A DNA stretch of 32,000 nucleotides from Candidatus Electronema halotolerans (GTDB taxonomy: Bacteria > Desulfobacterota > Desulfobulbia > Desulfobulbales > Desulfobulbaceae): assembly GCA_942493095.1 (NCBI GenBank), contig OW818675.1, positions 450,001 through 482,000 on the forward strand, in the 5' to 3' direction. Below are positions 7,439 to 15,723 of the stretch, one piece after another. Position 1 is the stretch's first letter. The number at the start of each line of letters is the position of its first letter. A program made the translations under genes and the position numbers. Under the pieces are notes generated by a model that was given only the letters and a program-made list of their open reading frames with translations, had not been told where the DNA came from and searched no databases.

Positions 7439-7683
7439 AGGGAACAGGCTCAGATTGCGGATAAAAAAGGTGTTGCGGAAGAGATTATACTCAGGGGATT
7501 GCATCTGTGTCACCGTCACAATGACACTCCGGGGCGCCCTGGGTTATTATAACCAGCATCGCCTGTTGAGCATCCTGCCGCGCCCGTCTGCACCCAGCTT
7601 GAGCCGTCAAACTGCATCACGCTGGAATGCTGTCCAACGCCACGGTGTCAAGGTGTAAACGCGGGCACCTTACCGCAAAATTC

Positions 7684-7712
7684 TTGACAGAAGCCCCCCT
7701 GCTGTCTAATCT
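7684..7712 (+). promoter_or_regulatory. possible sigma70 promoter of argGH (TTGACA-17 nt-TAATCT)
   Basis: TTGACA at 7684-7689, exactly 17 nt of spacer, TAATCT at 7707-7712. About 110 nt upstream of the argG ATG. Confidence 0.4.
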
Positions 7713-7823
7713 CCTCACAGAGTCCGCGCAGCCGCAATCACCTGCTTTTCGATGCCAAACCGCCGCTGATGTGCTATGCTGCGTCGAAAGCAGTTTCCAA
7801 TCTATATTTATCGATACAAGATC

Positions 7824-9020
7824 ATGAACGTGAACAAGATTGTGCTCGCCTATTCCGGCGGGCTGGACACCTCGGTCATTCTCAAATGGCTGGCCGAGGA
7901 ATATCAGTGCCCGGTGATTGCCTATGCGGCAGATGTGGGCCAGCAGGAGGACTGGGAGGCGGTGCGGAAAAAGGGCATGGCCACGGGTGCGGAAAAGGTC
8001 ATTGTTTCTGACCTGCGCGAGGAGTTTGTCCGCGACTACATCTTCCCAGCTTTCCGGGCCAATGCCATTTATGAAGGCTCGTATCTGCTTGGCACCTCGC
8101 TGGCCCGCCCGGTGATTGCCAAGGAGCAGGTGCGCATTGCCGAGCAGGAGGGCGCGGATGCGGTCAGCCACGGCGCGACTGGCAAGGGCAATGATCAGGT
8201 GCGCTTTGAGCTGACCTATCTGGCCCTCAATCCCAAGCTGCACATCATTGCTCCGTGGCGGATCTGGACGCTCAACTCCCGCACCAAGCTGATGGAGTTT
8301 GCCGAGCAGCACGGCATTCCAGTGCCGACCACCAAGAAAAGCCCGTACAGCTCAGACGAGAACCTGCTCCACATCAGCTTTGAGGGCGGTATTCTTGAAG
8401 ACCCGTGGAACGAGCCAGAAGAGTCGATGTTCAAGCTCTCGGTCTCGCCGGAAAAGGCACCTGATCAGCCGACCTATCTGGAGCTGGATTTTGAGCAGGG
8501 CAGTCCAGTGGCCATTGACGGCGAACGGCTCAGTCCGGTTGCGCTGTTGAGTAAACTGAACACGCTGGGCGGCGCGAATGGCATTGGCCGCTTGGACATG
8601 GTCGAGAACCGCTTTGTCGGCATCAAGTCACGCGGGGTCTATGAGACACCGGGCGGCACCATCCTCCGGGCCGCGCACCGCGATTTGGAAACCATCACCC
8701 TTGACCGCGAGGTGCTGCGCCTGCGCGACAGCCTTGTGCCGGAATATTCGCGCCTGATCTACAACGGCTTCTGGTTCTCGCCGGAGCGGGTGCTGCTCCA
8801 GCAGCTCATGGACGAGAGCCAGCTACCGGTCAACGGCACGGTCCGGCTCAAGCTCTACAAGGGCAATTGCACGCCGGTCGGGCGCAAGTCGGCCAACTCG
8901 CTCTATTCCGAAGCCCATGCCACCTTTGAGGCGGATCAGGTCTATAATCAGGCGGATGCGGGCGGCTTCATCCGCCTCAACGCCATGCGCTTGCAAATCC
9001 AAGCCCTGAACCGGAAATAA
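7824..9020 (+). CDS. argG: argininosuccinate synthase
   Basis: Start set at [18 protein letters not shown] (canonical N-terminus with the PP-loop SGGLDTS). Also [14 protein letters not shown] and [19 protein letters not shown]. Confidence 0.95.
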   Translation: MNVNKIVLAYSGGLDTSVILKWLAEEYQCPVIAYAADVGQQEDWEAVRKKGMATGAEKVIVSDLREEFVRDYIFPAFRANAIYEGSYLLGTSLARPVIAKEQVRIAEQEGADAVSHGATGKGNDQVRFELTYLALNPKLHIIAPWRIWTLNSRTKLMEFAEQHGIPVPTTKKSPYSSDENLLHISFEGGILEDPWNEPEESMFKLSVSPEKAPDQPTYLELDFEQGSPVAIDGERLSPVALLSKLNTLGGANGIGRLDMVENRFVGIKSRGVYETPGGTILRAAHRDLETITLDREVLRLRDSLVPEYSRLIYNGFWFSPERVLLQQLMDESQLPVNGTVRLKLYKGNCTPVGRKSANSLYSEAHATFEADQVYNQADAGGFIRLNAMRLQIQALNRK

Positions 9021-9023
9021 GCG

Positions 9024-10439
9024 ATGGCAGATATGACGTGCAACCCGGAGCGGCACAGCTCCGGCAAACTCTGGGGCGGCCGCTTTGCCGAGCAGACCGC
9101 CGCCTCAGTGGAGAGTTTCAGCGAGTCGATCAGCTATGACTGGCGGCTTTACCGGCATGACATCATGGGTTCCAAGGCTCATGCCAAGATGCTGGCCAAG
9201 CAGGGCCTGATCAGCGCGGCAGAGCGGGATGCGATCCTCACCGGCCTGAGCGAGATTGAAGCGGAGATTGCAGAGGGCCGCTTTCAGTTCCGGGTGGAGC
9301 TGGAAGACATCCACATGAATATTGAAAAGGCACTGACTGACAAGATCGGCGCGGCAGGGGCAAAGCTGCACACGGCCCGCAGCCGCAATGATCAGGTGGC
9401 CTTGGACATCCGCCTGTATCTGCGTGACGAGGCCGTCTGCTTGGATGGGCTGCTGGCTGAGGTGCAGCGCGGCTTTGTCCGCCAAGCACGGGCTAATTTC
9501 GGCGCAGTCATGCCGGGCTACACCCATCTCCAGCGGGCGCAGCCAGTCCTGCTTGCCCATCATCTGCTCGCCTACGTGGAGATGTTCAGCAGAGACCGGG
9601 ACCGGCTGACTGACTGCCTGAAGCGGCTCAATGTGCTGCCGCTTGGGTCAGCAGCCTTGGCTGGCACCGGCCTGCCCATTGATCGGGAATTTGTCGCCCA
9701 CGAGCTGGGCTTTGCCAAGGTCTCGGCTAATTCGATGGACAGCACGGCTGACCGCGACTTTGCCTTGGAATTCCTCTTCTGCCTGAGCCTGACCCAGCTC
9801 CACCTCAGCAGGATGGCGGAAGAGTTTGTCCTTTGGTCGTCCAAGGAGTTCGGCTTTCTCAAGATCGGCGATGACTACTGCACTGGCTCCTCGATCATGC
9901 CGCAGAAGAAGAACCCAGACATCCCGGAGCTGATCCGGGGCAAAAGCGGGCGGGTGGCAGGTGCGCTGGTTTCTCTGCTGATGACCATGAAGGGCCTGCC
10001 CATGACCTATAACCGGGACATGCAGGAGGACAAGGAGCAGCTTTTTGATGCGCTCGACACGGTCAAGGCCAGCCTGAGCATCTCTGCCGAGCTGCTGGCG
10101 CACAGCAGCTTTAACCGCGAGCGGATGCAGGCGGCCACACGCGGCGGCTTTGTCACAGCCACGGATCTGGCGGATTATTTAGTCAAGAAGAACCTGCCCT
10201 TCCGGCAGGCGCACCGGGTGGTGGGCGAGATCGTCGCCTATTGCCAAAAGCGCGATGTTGAGCTGGACGAGCTGCGCCTCGATGAGCTGCGCCGCTTCTC
10301 TGATCTGATTGACGAGGATGTCTTTGCAGTTCTTTCTGTGGAAGGCTCGGTGAGCAGCCGGGTTTCTGCTGGCGGCACTGCCGGGGCCAGAGTGGCTGAG
10401 GCCCTTGCGCGTGCGGAACACCAACTGGGGATAGCATGA
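9024..10439 (+). CDS. argH: argininosuccinate lyase
   Basis: KLWGGRF N-terminal block, TARSRNDQVA, PGYTHLQRAQP and the fumarate-lyase signature GSSIMPQKKNPD. The start could be 9024 or the ATG at 9033. Confidence 0.95.
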   Translation: MADMTCNPERHSSGKLWGGRFAEQTAASVESFSESISYDWRLYRHDIMGSKAHAKMLAKQGLISAAERDAILTGLSEIEAEIAEGRFQFRVELEDIHMNIEKALTDKIGAAGAKLHTARSRNDQVALDIRLYLRDEAVCLDGLLAEVQRGFVRQARANFGAVMPGYTHLQRAQPVLLAHHLLAYVEMFSRDRDRLTDCLKRLNVLPLGSAALAGTGLPIDREFVAHELGFAKVSANSMDSTADRDFALEFLFCLSLTQLHLSRMAEEFVLWSSKEFGFLKIGDDYCTGSSIMPQKKNPDIPELIRGKSGRVAGALVSLLMTMKGLPMTYNRDMQEDKEQLFDALDTVKASLSISAELLAHSSFNRERMQAATRGGFVTATDLADYLVKKNLPFRQAHRVVGEIVAYCQKRDVELDELRLDELRRFSDLIDEDVFAVLSVEGSVSSRVSAGGTAGARVAEALARAEHQLGIA

Positions 10440-11476
10440 TGAAGACAATGATGCAGGCGGTTTCTCTGTTCTGCTGCTGGACAGCGGCCCTGCTGCTGGG
10501 CGGCTGCGGCTACAAGACCCTGCCCGTGGCTCCGCAGGCCAGCACGCCCCGGCCTGTGACCGACTTGAGCTGTGAGCTGACCGGCACAGGAGCGGTTCTC
10601 CGCTGGACCTATCCAAAAGAAACTGCTGGTGGTGAAGATTTGCAGGAAATCGGTTCGTTCCAGCTTTACCGGGCCGAGCTGCCGGAAGATGATTACTGCG
10701 AGACCTGCCCAATTCCCTTTGGCAGCCCGATCAGTCTGCCCGGCGGCATCCTGCCGGACAAGGGCAGCAGACAGGGCAGCTGGGAAACAGACTCGCTGCG
10801 ACCGGGCCGGATGTACTTTTTCATGCTCCGCAGCCGAAGCGGCTGGCTGGCTGAGTCAGGGGACTCCAACATTGTTTCTTTTGTCTGGGAGACTCCGCCT
10901 GCCGCGCCAGGCGACCTGACTGCCAAGGCTGGAGACGGCCAGATCAGTTTGCGCTGGCAGCCAGTCACCACCCGCTTTGACGGCAGCCCGCTGCGGTCGC
11001 CAGTCAAGTATCAGCTTGCCCGCAGCACGGACGGCGGCCCGTTCGCTCAGATCGGCGGTCAGCTTGTCACACCGTACTACACAGACAAGGAAGTGCAAAA
11101 TGGCCGCAAATACGCCTACCGGGTGCAGGCTCTTGCAGGCGCAGTGGGCGGCGGCTACAGTCTGACTGTTGCAACTGGCGTAATTGACCGCACTCCGCCG
11201 GAGCCGCCGACCAATGTCAAGGCAGTGCGCACCGCTGCTTCGGTCAAGGTCTATTGGGATCAGAGCGAGGAAAAGGATGTGGCTGGCTATCGCGTTTATC
11301 GCCGTCTTGACCAAGGCGAGCCTGAACTGCTCGGCAAGGTTATGGAGCCATACAACCTGTACGAAGACAAGAATCCGCCTGCCAAGGGCAGCAAGGCGTG
11401 GTACTCGGTGAGCAGCTTTGATCTGAGCAGTCCACCCAACGAGAGTCAGCGGTCTGACGAGGCCAGCCTGCGCTGA
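10436..11476 (+). CDS. lipoprotein with fibronectin type III-like repeats
   Basis: ATGA overlap with the argH stop. Lipobox LLLGGC. Repeated FN3-like segments (VTDLSCELTGTGAVLRWTYP, PGDLTAKAGDGQISLRWQPV, PTNVKAVRTAASVKVYWDQS, each followed by a Y.Y.V-type strand). Confidence 0.65.
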   Translation: MMKTMMQAVSLFCCWTAALLLGGCGYKTLPVAPQASTPRPVTDLSCELTGTGAVLRWTYPKETAGGEDLQEIGSFQLYRAELPEDDYCETCPIPFGSPISLPGGILPDKGSRQGSWETDSLRPGRMYFFMLRSRSGWLAESGDSNIVSFVWETPPAAPGDLTAKAGDGQISLRWQPVTTRFDGSPLRSPVKYQLARSTDGGPFAQIGGQLVTPYYTDKEVQNGRKYAYRVQALAGAVGGGYSLTVATGVIDRTPPEPPTNVKAVRTAASVKVYWDQSEEKDVAGYRVYRRLDQGEPELLGKVMEPYNLYEDKNPPAKGSKAWYSVSSFDLSSPPNESQRSDEASLR

Positions 11477-11552
11477 TTTTCTGCTCTCCCGGCAGGATGG
11501 GCTGTCTTGCCATCTCTGCCGGAACAGGATATATTGTCCGGCTGAAGCACTG

Positions 11553-11589
11553 GCAGGGCAGCAGAGGTTCCGCTGCCCTGCTGATTTTT
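11553..11589 (+). terminator. Rho-independent terminator after the argGH-lipoprotein unit
   Basis: Perfect 10-bp stem GCAGGGCAGC / GCTGCCCTGC (11553-11562 and 11572-11581), 9-nt loop, then TGATTTTT. Confidence 0.7.
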
Positions 11590-11626
11590 CCGGCTTGTCA
11601 GTTTGCAGGAGGACTGATTTATCTGA

Positions 11627-11845
11627 ATGCGCCGATCATTACCATTGAAGCCCTTTGCAAAGGAATCGGAGTTGCAGGGCTTTGACAAAGGCAGCAAGGC
11701 GGTGCTGATGTCGTTGGATGAATTCAATTCTTGGCAGGAAATGCTGTATTTGCTTTCCAATCCTGCTAATGCGGAGCATCTGCGCCGGTCGCTTCAGGAA
11801 GCCAGAGAAGGCAAGGGAATTGAGCGGGAGCTGATTGATCCATGA
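11627..11845 (+). pseudogene. Phd/YefM-family antitoxin remnant (N-terminus lost or frameshifted)
   Basis: The C-terminal part KAVLMSLDEFNSWQEMLYLLSNPANAEHLRRSLQEAREGKGIERELI closely parallels E. coli YefM ([28 protein letters not shown]...GKG). The expected APIIT segment is in a different frame (11629-11643), separated by about 45 nt containing a ctttgcaaagg / ctttgacaaagg duplication. No intact N-terminus. Confidence 0.55.
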
Positions 11846-11976
11846 AGCTGCTGTTTATTGAATCTGGCCGCACGAGCAGGATAGTTGCCCAGCTACCTTG
11901 TATTTGGAAGGTGAAGAAATTGATAAAAAATACAGTGTGCTGGTTCTTAGACAATTATACGGTAACAAAGAAATAA
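11842..11976 (+). pseudogene. YoeB/Txe-like toxin remnant (44-codon stub)
   Basis: ATGA overlap with the antitoxin stop (typical toxin-antitoxin coupling). MKLLFIES... and VKKLIKNT resemble the YoeB N-terminus (MKLIWSEES..., VKKINELIKDT). The frame stops at 11974-11976, before any catalytic residues. Weak similarity. Confidence 0.3.
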
Positions 11977-11981
11977 CTACT

Positions 11982-12464
11982 ATGGACGAGAAAATAATTG
12001 CCGCGATTATTGGTGGAGTTGCTGGATTTATAACTTCGTATTTGACTACTAAGTTAAAAAATAAGCAAGAATTGGAGATTTGGAATAGCGATTTTGCTGT
12101 AAATTATTCCAAATTACTTTTTGAGAATCCAAAAGCTGCTGTTCAGCTCGCAAGACAATTCTCAGTTGGACTGATTATCGTTCGCGATGGACAAGGTCAT
12201 ACGGCAAGTAAACACTTTATACCGTATCAATGTAAAGTTTCTATCGGAAGAAAAGAAGACAATGATATTGTCCTAACAGATAGACTCGTCTCACGTGATC
12301 ATGGTGTTTTCTTTTACCGTGGAAATAAAGTAATGTTTCAGGAATTTTATTCTGTAAACAAGACTCTTCTAAACGGGAAACCAATAAACAAGATTTGCTG
12401 TTTAAAATCCGGCGACAAGATAAAAATTGGCAATATTCTACTAGAATTTGAAGAATTAAAGTAA
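11982..12464 (+). CDS. membrane-anchored FHA domain protein
   Basis: AT-rich ORF. N-terminal TM helix [17 protein letters not shown]. The C-terminal FHA pattern is [51 protein letters not shown]...[16 protein letters not shown]. No clear SD; the track start at 11898 (TTG) is an alternative. Confidence 0.6.
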   Translation: MDEKIIAAIIGGVAGFITSYLTTKLKNKQELEIWNSDFAVNYSKLLFENPKAAVQLARQFSVGLIIVRDGQGHTASKHFIPYQCKVSIGRKEDNDIVLTDRLVSRDHGVFFYRGNKVMFQEFYSVNKTLLNGKPINKICCLKSGDKIKIGNILLEFEELK

Positions 12465-12523
12465 ACATTATGCTGAAAAAACATCAAGTTTTTTTGAATC
12501 TCTCCCCGACAAACACAACTCAC

Positions 12524-14308
12524 ATGGACTCACTCGGCGCGCTGCGGCGCACACATAACTGCAACACGCTTGGCCTAGACAACCTGAATCAGGAAGTCGT
12601 CCTCATGGGCTGGGTTCTTCGCCGCCGCGACCACGGCGGGGTTATCTTCATCGACCTTCGCGACCGCCACGGCATCACGCAGGTGGTCTTCAACCCGGAA
12701 ATCAATCCTGAGCCGCACGCCAAGGCGCACCAGCTCCGCTCTGAGTGGGTTCTGGCGGTCAAAGGCAAGGTTGAGGCCCGGCCCGGCGACATGGCCAATC
12801 CCAAGCTGCGAACCGGCCACATCGAGGTGCTGGTCAGCGAGCTGCGCATCCTCAACACCAGCAAGACTCCGCCTTTTCCGTTAGACGAGGACAGCGAGGT
12901 TTCTGACAACATCCGCCTCCAGTACCGCTATCTCGACCTGCGGAGGCCGGAAATCGGGGCCAATCTGATCATGCGGCACAAGGCGGCCTTGGCGGTACGC
13001 AACTATCTGAGCAGCAACGGCTTCTTGGAAATCGAAACGCCGATGCTGACTAAATCCACTCCCGAAGGGGCGCGGGATTATCTGGTGCCGAGCCGAGTTA
13101 ATGCGGGCAAATTTTATGCCCTGCCGCAGTCGCCGCAGCTCTTCAAGCAGCTCCTGATGATGGGCGGCATGGAACGCTACTTCCAGATTGTCAAATGTTT
13201 CCGAGATGAAGACCTGCGCGCCGACCGCCAGCCCGAATTCACCCAGATCGACCTTGAGCTGAGTTTTGTCGGCGAGGACGACATCATGGCCGTTGCCGAG
13301 GGTATGATCAAAAATGTCTTCGCGGCAACTCGCGGCATCGAGCTGAACCCGCCCTTTGCCCGCATGACCTACGCCGAAGCCATGTCCCGCTTCGGCAACG
13401 ACAAGCCCGACACCCGCTTCGGTATGGAATTAGTTGATTTGACCGAAAAACTGCGCGGCTGCGGTTTCAAGGTCTTCAACACGGTGATTGAAAATGGCGG
13501 TGCAGTCAAGGCGATCAATGCCAAAGGCTGCGGCACGTTCTCGCGCAAAGACTTGGACGATCTGACTGATTATGCAGGTAATTTCGGGGCCAAGGGCATG
13601 GCCTGGATCAAAGTCAAGGAAGACGAGTGGCAGTCGCCGATCACCAAGTTTTTCAGCGAGGCCGAGATTGCGGCCATGCGCGATGCCTTGGATGCCGAGC
13701 CGGGCGACCTGATCCTGTTCGGCGCGGACAGCTCAGTTGTCGTGCATCAGGTGCTTTCCGAGCTGCGCCTTGAGCTGGGCCGCCGCCTTGGCCTGATGGA
13801 CAGCAATGTCTTCAATTTCCTCTGGGTTACGGATTTTCCGCTGGTCGAGTACGACAGCGAGCGCAAACGGCACGTCGCTCTGCACCACCCCTTCACCTCG
13901 CCCTTTGAGGAAGACCTTGACCTACTCGAAAGCGAACCGCTCAAGGTGCGCAGTCGGGCCTACGACCTCGTCCTCAACGGCAGCGAGATCGGCGGCGGCT
14001 CCATCCGTATTCACAGCTCGGAGATGCAGGCGCGGCTGCTCAAGGTGCTGGGCATCGGCGCAGAAGAGGCCGAGGAGAAGTTCGGCTTCCTGCTCCGCGC
14101 CTTGGAATACGGCGCGCCCCCGCACGGCGGCATTGCGTTCGGCCTCGACCGCCTGATGATGCTCCTCACCGGGTCCAGTTCCATCCGCGACGTGATCGCC
14201 TTCCCCAAGACCCAGAAGGCCACCTGCCCGCTCACCGATGCCCCGTCCTCGGTTGAGCGCAAGCAGCTTACTGAACTGCATCTCCGGCCGGATTGGAAGG
14301 AGAACTGA
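12524..14308 (+). CDS. aspS: aspartate--tRNA ligase
   Basis: Start set at [16 protein letters not shown]. Motifs: [18 protein letters not shown], class II motifs [25 protein letters not shown] and [10 protein letters not shown]. Confidence 0.95.
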   Translation: MDSLGALRRTHNCNTLGLDNLNQEVVLMGWVLRRRDHGGVIFIDLRDRHGITQVVFNPEINPEPHAKAHQLRSEWVLAVKGKVEARPGDMANPKLRTGHIEVLVSELRILNTSKTPPFPLDEDSEVSDNIRLQYRYLDLRRPEIGANLIMRHKAALAVRNYLSSNGFLEIETPMLTKSTPEGARDYLVPSRVNAGKFYALPQSPQLFKQLLMMGGMERYFQIVKCFRDEDLRADRQPEFTQIDLELSFVGEDDIMAVAEGMIKNVFAATRGIELNPPFARMTYAEAMSRFGNDKPDTRFGMELVDLTEKLRGCGFKVFNTVIENGGAVKAINAKGCGTFSRKDLDDLTDYAGNFGAKGMAWIKVKEDEWQSPITKFFSEAEIAAMRDALDAEPGDLILFGADSSVVVHQVLSELRLELGRRLGLMDSNVFNFLWVTDFPLVEYDSERKRHVALHHPFTSPFEEDLDLLESEPLKVRSRAYDLVLNGSEIGGGSIRIHSSEMQARLLKVLGIGAEEAEEKFGFLLRALEYGAPPHGGIAFGLDRLMMLLTGSSSIRDVIAFPKTQKATCPLTDAPSSVERKQLTELHLRPDWKEN

Positions 14309-14332
14309 GCCGCACTGCCCGCCTTCAAGCCT

Positions 14333-14362
14333 CCCGGTTCCGGTGTTTTTGCCGGGGCCGGG
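14333..14362. terminator. hairpin between convergent aspS and the aminotransferase gene
   Basis: CCCGGTTCCGG (14333-14343) / CCGGGGCCGGG (14352-14362) form 11 pairs if two G-U pairs are allowed; the loop is TGTTTTTG. No clear U-tract on either strand. Confidence 0.3.
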
Positions 14363-14441
14363 TGATAGTCCGTGAGGATGAATTCATCGACCGGGTGAAA
14401 CGGCTGGAGCAGCGCATGGCTGCATTAAGTGCCGCTCATGC

Positions 14442-15641
14442 TCATAGCTGCGCCGCCTTCTTCAGAGCGGCCAGCAGCGCATCCCGTCTGCTTTCGCTTA
14501 ACTTGACCGGCACCTGATAAACTAAAGTCCGGTTCATCAGCTCACTGGAAGCGGGCAGGGCCTGCGGATCATACATCACCCTGCGCTTGCCGTGCGCTGC
14601 AAAGGGCCAGCCGCTCCTGCACAGGGTCCTGCCGTCCAGCAAGTGCTCCCACGAGGGATAGAAATGCCACGTGTTTTCGCCGAAGCAGATTGCGCCCGCA
14701 TTGTTCTCGCGCAGCACCTGATTGATTTGCGCGGCCCGCGCCTTGTCCGGCAGGATGAAGGCAAGGAATGTGGCGGAATCGCCCTGCTCATCGAGCAGCT
14801 CGCGGAAGCTGACTCCGCTGATCTTGGCCGCAGCCTCTTTCAAAATGGCCTTGTTCTTCTGCTGCCCGGCGACAATCATGTCCAATTTTGCCAGCTGCGC
14901 CAGACCGATGGCTCCTTGCAGCTCCATCATCCGGTAGTTGAAGCCGATGAAGCGGCGGCCCTCGCCGCCCCGCCCGCCGGGATTGACGACGTGATCATGG
15001 CCATGATCATGATATTCCGAGCAGTTGCGCCACAGCTCCTCGTCGTTGCTGATTACCATGCCGCCTTCGCCGGTGGTCATGGTTTTGACCGCATCAAAAG
15101 AAAAGGTGCCGAACTGGCCAAAGGTGCCGAGATGCTGGCCGTGCAGCCGCGCTCCGGCAGCTTGGGCCGTGTCCTCAATCACCGGAATGCCGTGCTTGTC
15201 AGCAATCGCCTTGATTTCTTTGATCCGGGCCGGTGCGCCGAGCATGTGAACCGGGATGATGGCCTTGGTCTTTTCGGTGATCTTTTTTTCCAAGTCTGCC
15301 GGGTCCATGTTCAAGGTCTGATCAACCTCGGTGAAGACCGGCTTTGCGCCGACATCAAAAATCGCCTCCCAGGTGGCGACAAAGGTGAAGCCCTGGGTGA
15401 TGACCTCATCGCCAATGCCCACGCCCAGCGCGGACAGGGCCACCTTGAGCGCGGCTGTGCCGGAGGTCACGGCCTGCGCATGAGCCGCGCCAGTGTAGGC
15501 AGCAAAGGCCTGCTCAAATTCGCGCACCTTGTAAATCCCCTTGCGCTGCTCACCGAACTCGTAGCGGAACAGGACTCCAGTGTCAAAGACCTGGAGAGCC
15601 TGCTGTTTTTCCTCTTCGCCAAAGACTTCAAAACCAGGCAT
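14442..15641 (-). CDS. DegT/DnrJ/EryC1/StrS-family PLP-dependent aminotransferase
   Basis: SD AAGGAG upstream. Family blocks: AVTSGTAALKVAL, GDEVITQGFTFVAT, AIIPVHMLG, IPVIEDTAQA and FSFDAVKTMTTGEGG (PLP lysine context). Confidence 0.85.
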   Translation of the reverse strand: MPGFEVFGEEEKQQALQVFDTGVLFRYEFGEQRKGIYKVREFEQAFAAYTGAAHAQAVTSGTAALKVALSALGVGIGDEVITQGFTFVATWEAIFDVGAKPVFTEVDQTLNMDPADLEKKITEKTKAIIPVHMLGAPARIKEIKAIADKHGIPVIEDTAQAAGARLHGQHLGTFGQFGTFSFDAVKTMTTGEGGMVISNDEELWRNCSEYHDHGHDHVVNPGGRGGEGRRFIGFNYRMMELQGAIGLAQLAKLDMIVAGQQKNKAILKEAAAKISGVSFRELLDEQGDSATFLAFILPDKARAAQINQVLRENNAGAICFGENTWHFYPSWEHLLDGRTLCRSGWPFAAHGKRRVMYDPQALPASSELMNRTLVYQVPVKLSESRRDALLAALKKAAQL

Positions 15642-15723
15642 GGTTGCTCCTTGCTGTATGGGTTGTCAGGTTCAAGCCGGGCTTGCAGTGTAAACCCTGT
15701 TCATCTGAAAAGGAAGAGGAATT

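Noticed and set aside
7119-7658. 179-aa + strand ORF filling the argG / nif-like intergenic region.
   Set aside because: The translation is Cys/Arg/Ser-rich with no motif and there is no SD. It would run through the sigma54 promoter and the repeat array, so the region is better explained as regulatory DNA.
7742-7815. Possible attenuator in the argG leader. CTGCTTTTCGA (7742-7752) pairs with TCGAAAGCAG (7784-7793) and is followed by a T-rich stretch.
   Set aside because: The enclosed loop is about 30 nt and the downstream tract (TTTCCAATCTATATTTAT) is interrupted. There is no leader peptide with Arg codons and no recognisable riboswitch, so the evidence is insufficient to call a regulatory RNA.
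11590-12470. Whether the two AT-rich islets (11590-12470 and 26361-27752) are mobile elements.
   Set aside because: I could find no transposase, integrase, tRNA attachment site, or flanking direct or inverted repeats by eye. They are reported as compositional islets, not as defined mobile elements.
12470-12523. Upstream in-frame starts proposed by the ORF track for aspS (12470), argG (7776), yrfG-like (19410), the nif-like gene (7125) and the SQR-like gene (3633).
   Set aside because: In each case an internal ATG gives the canonical family N-terminus and/or is preceded by a good SD. The extensions add non-conserved residues.
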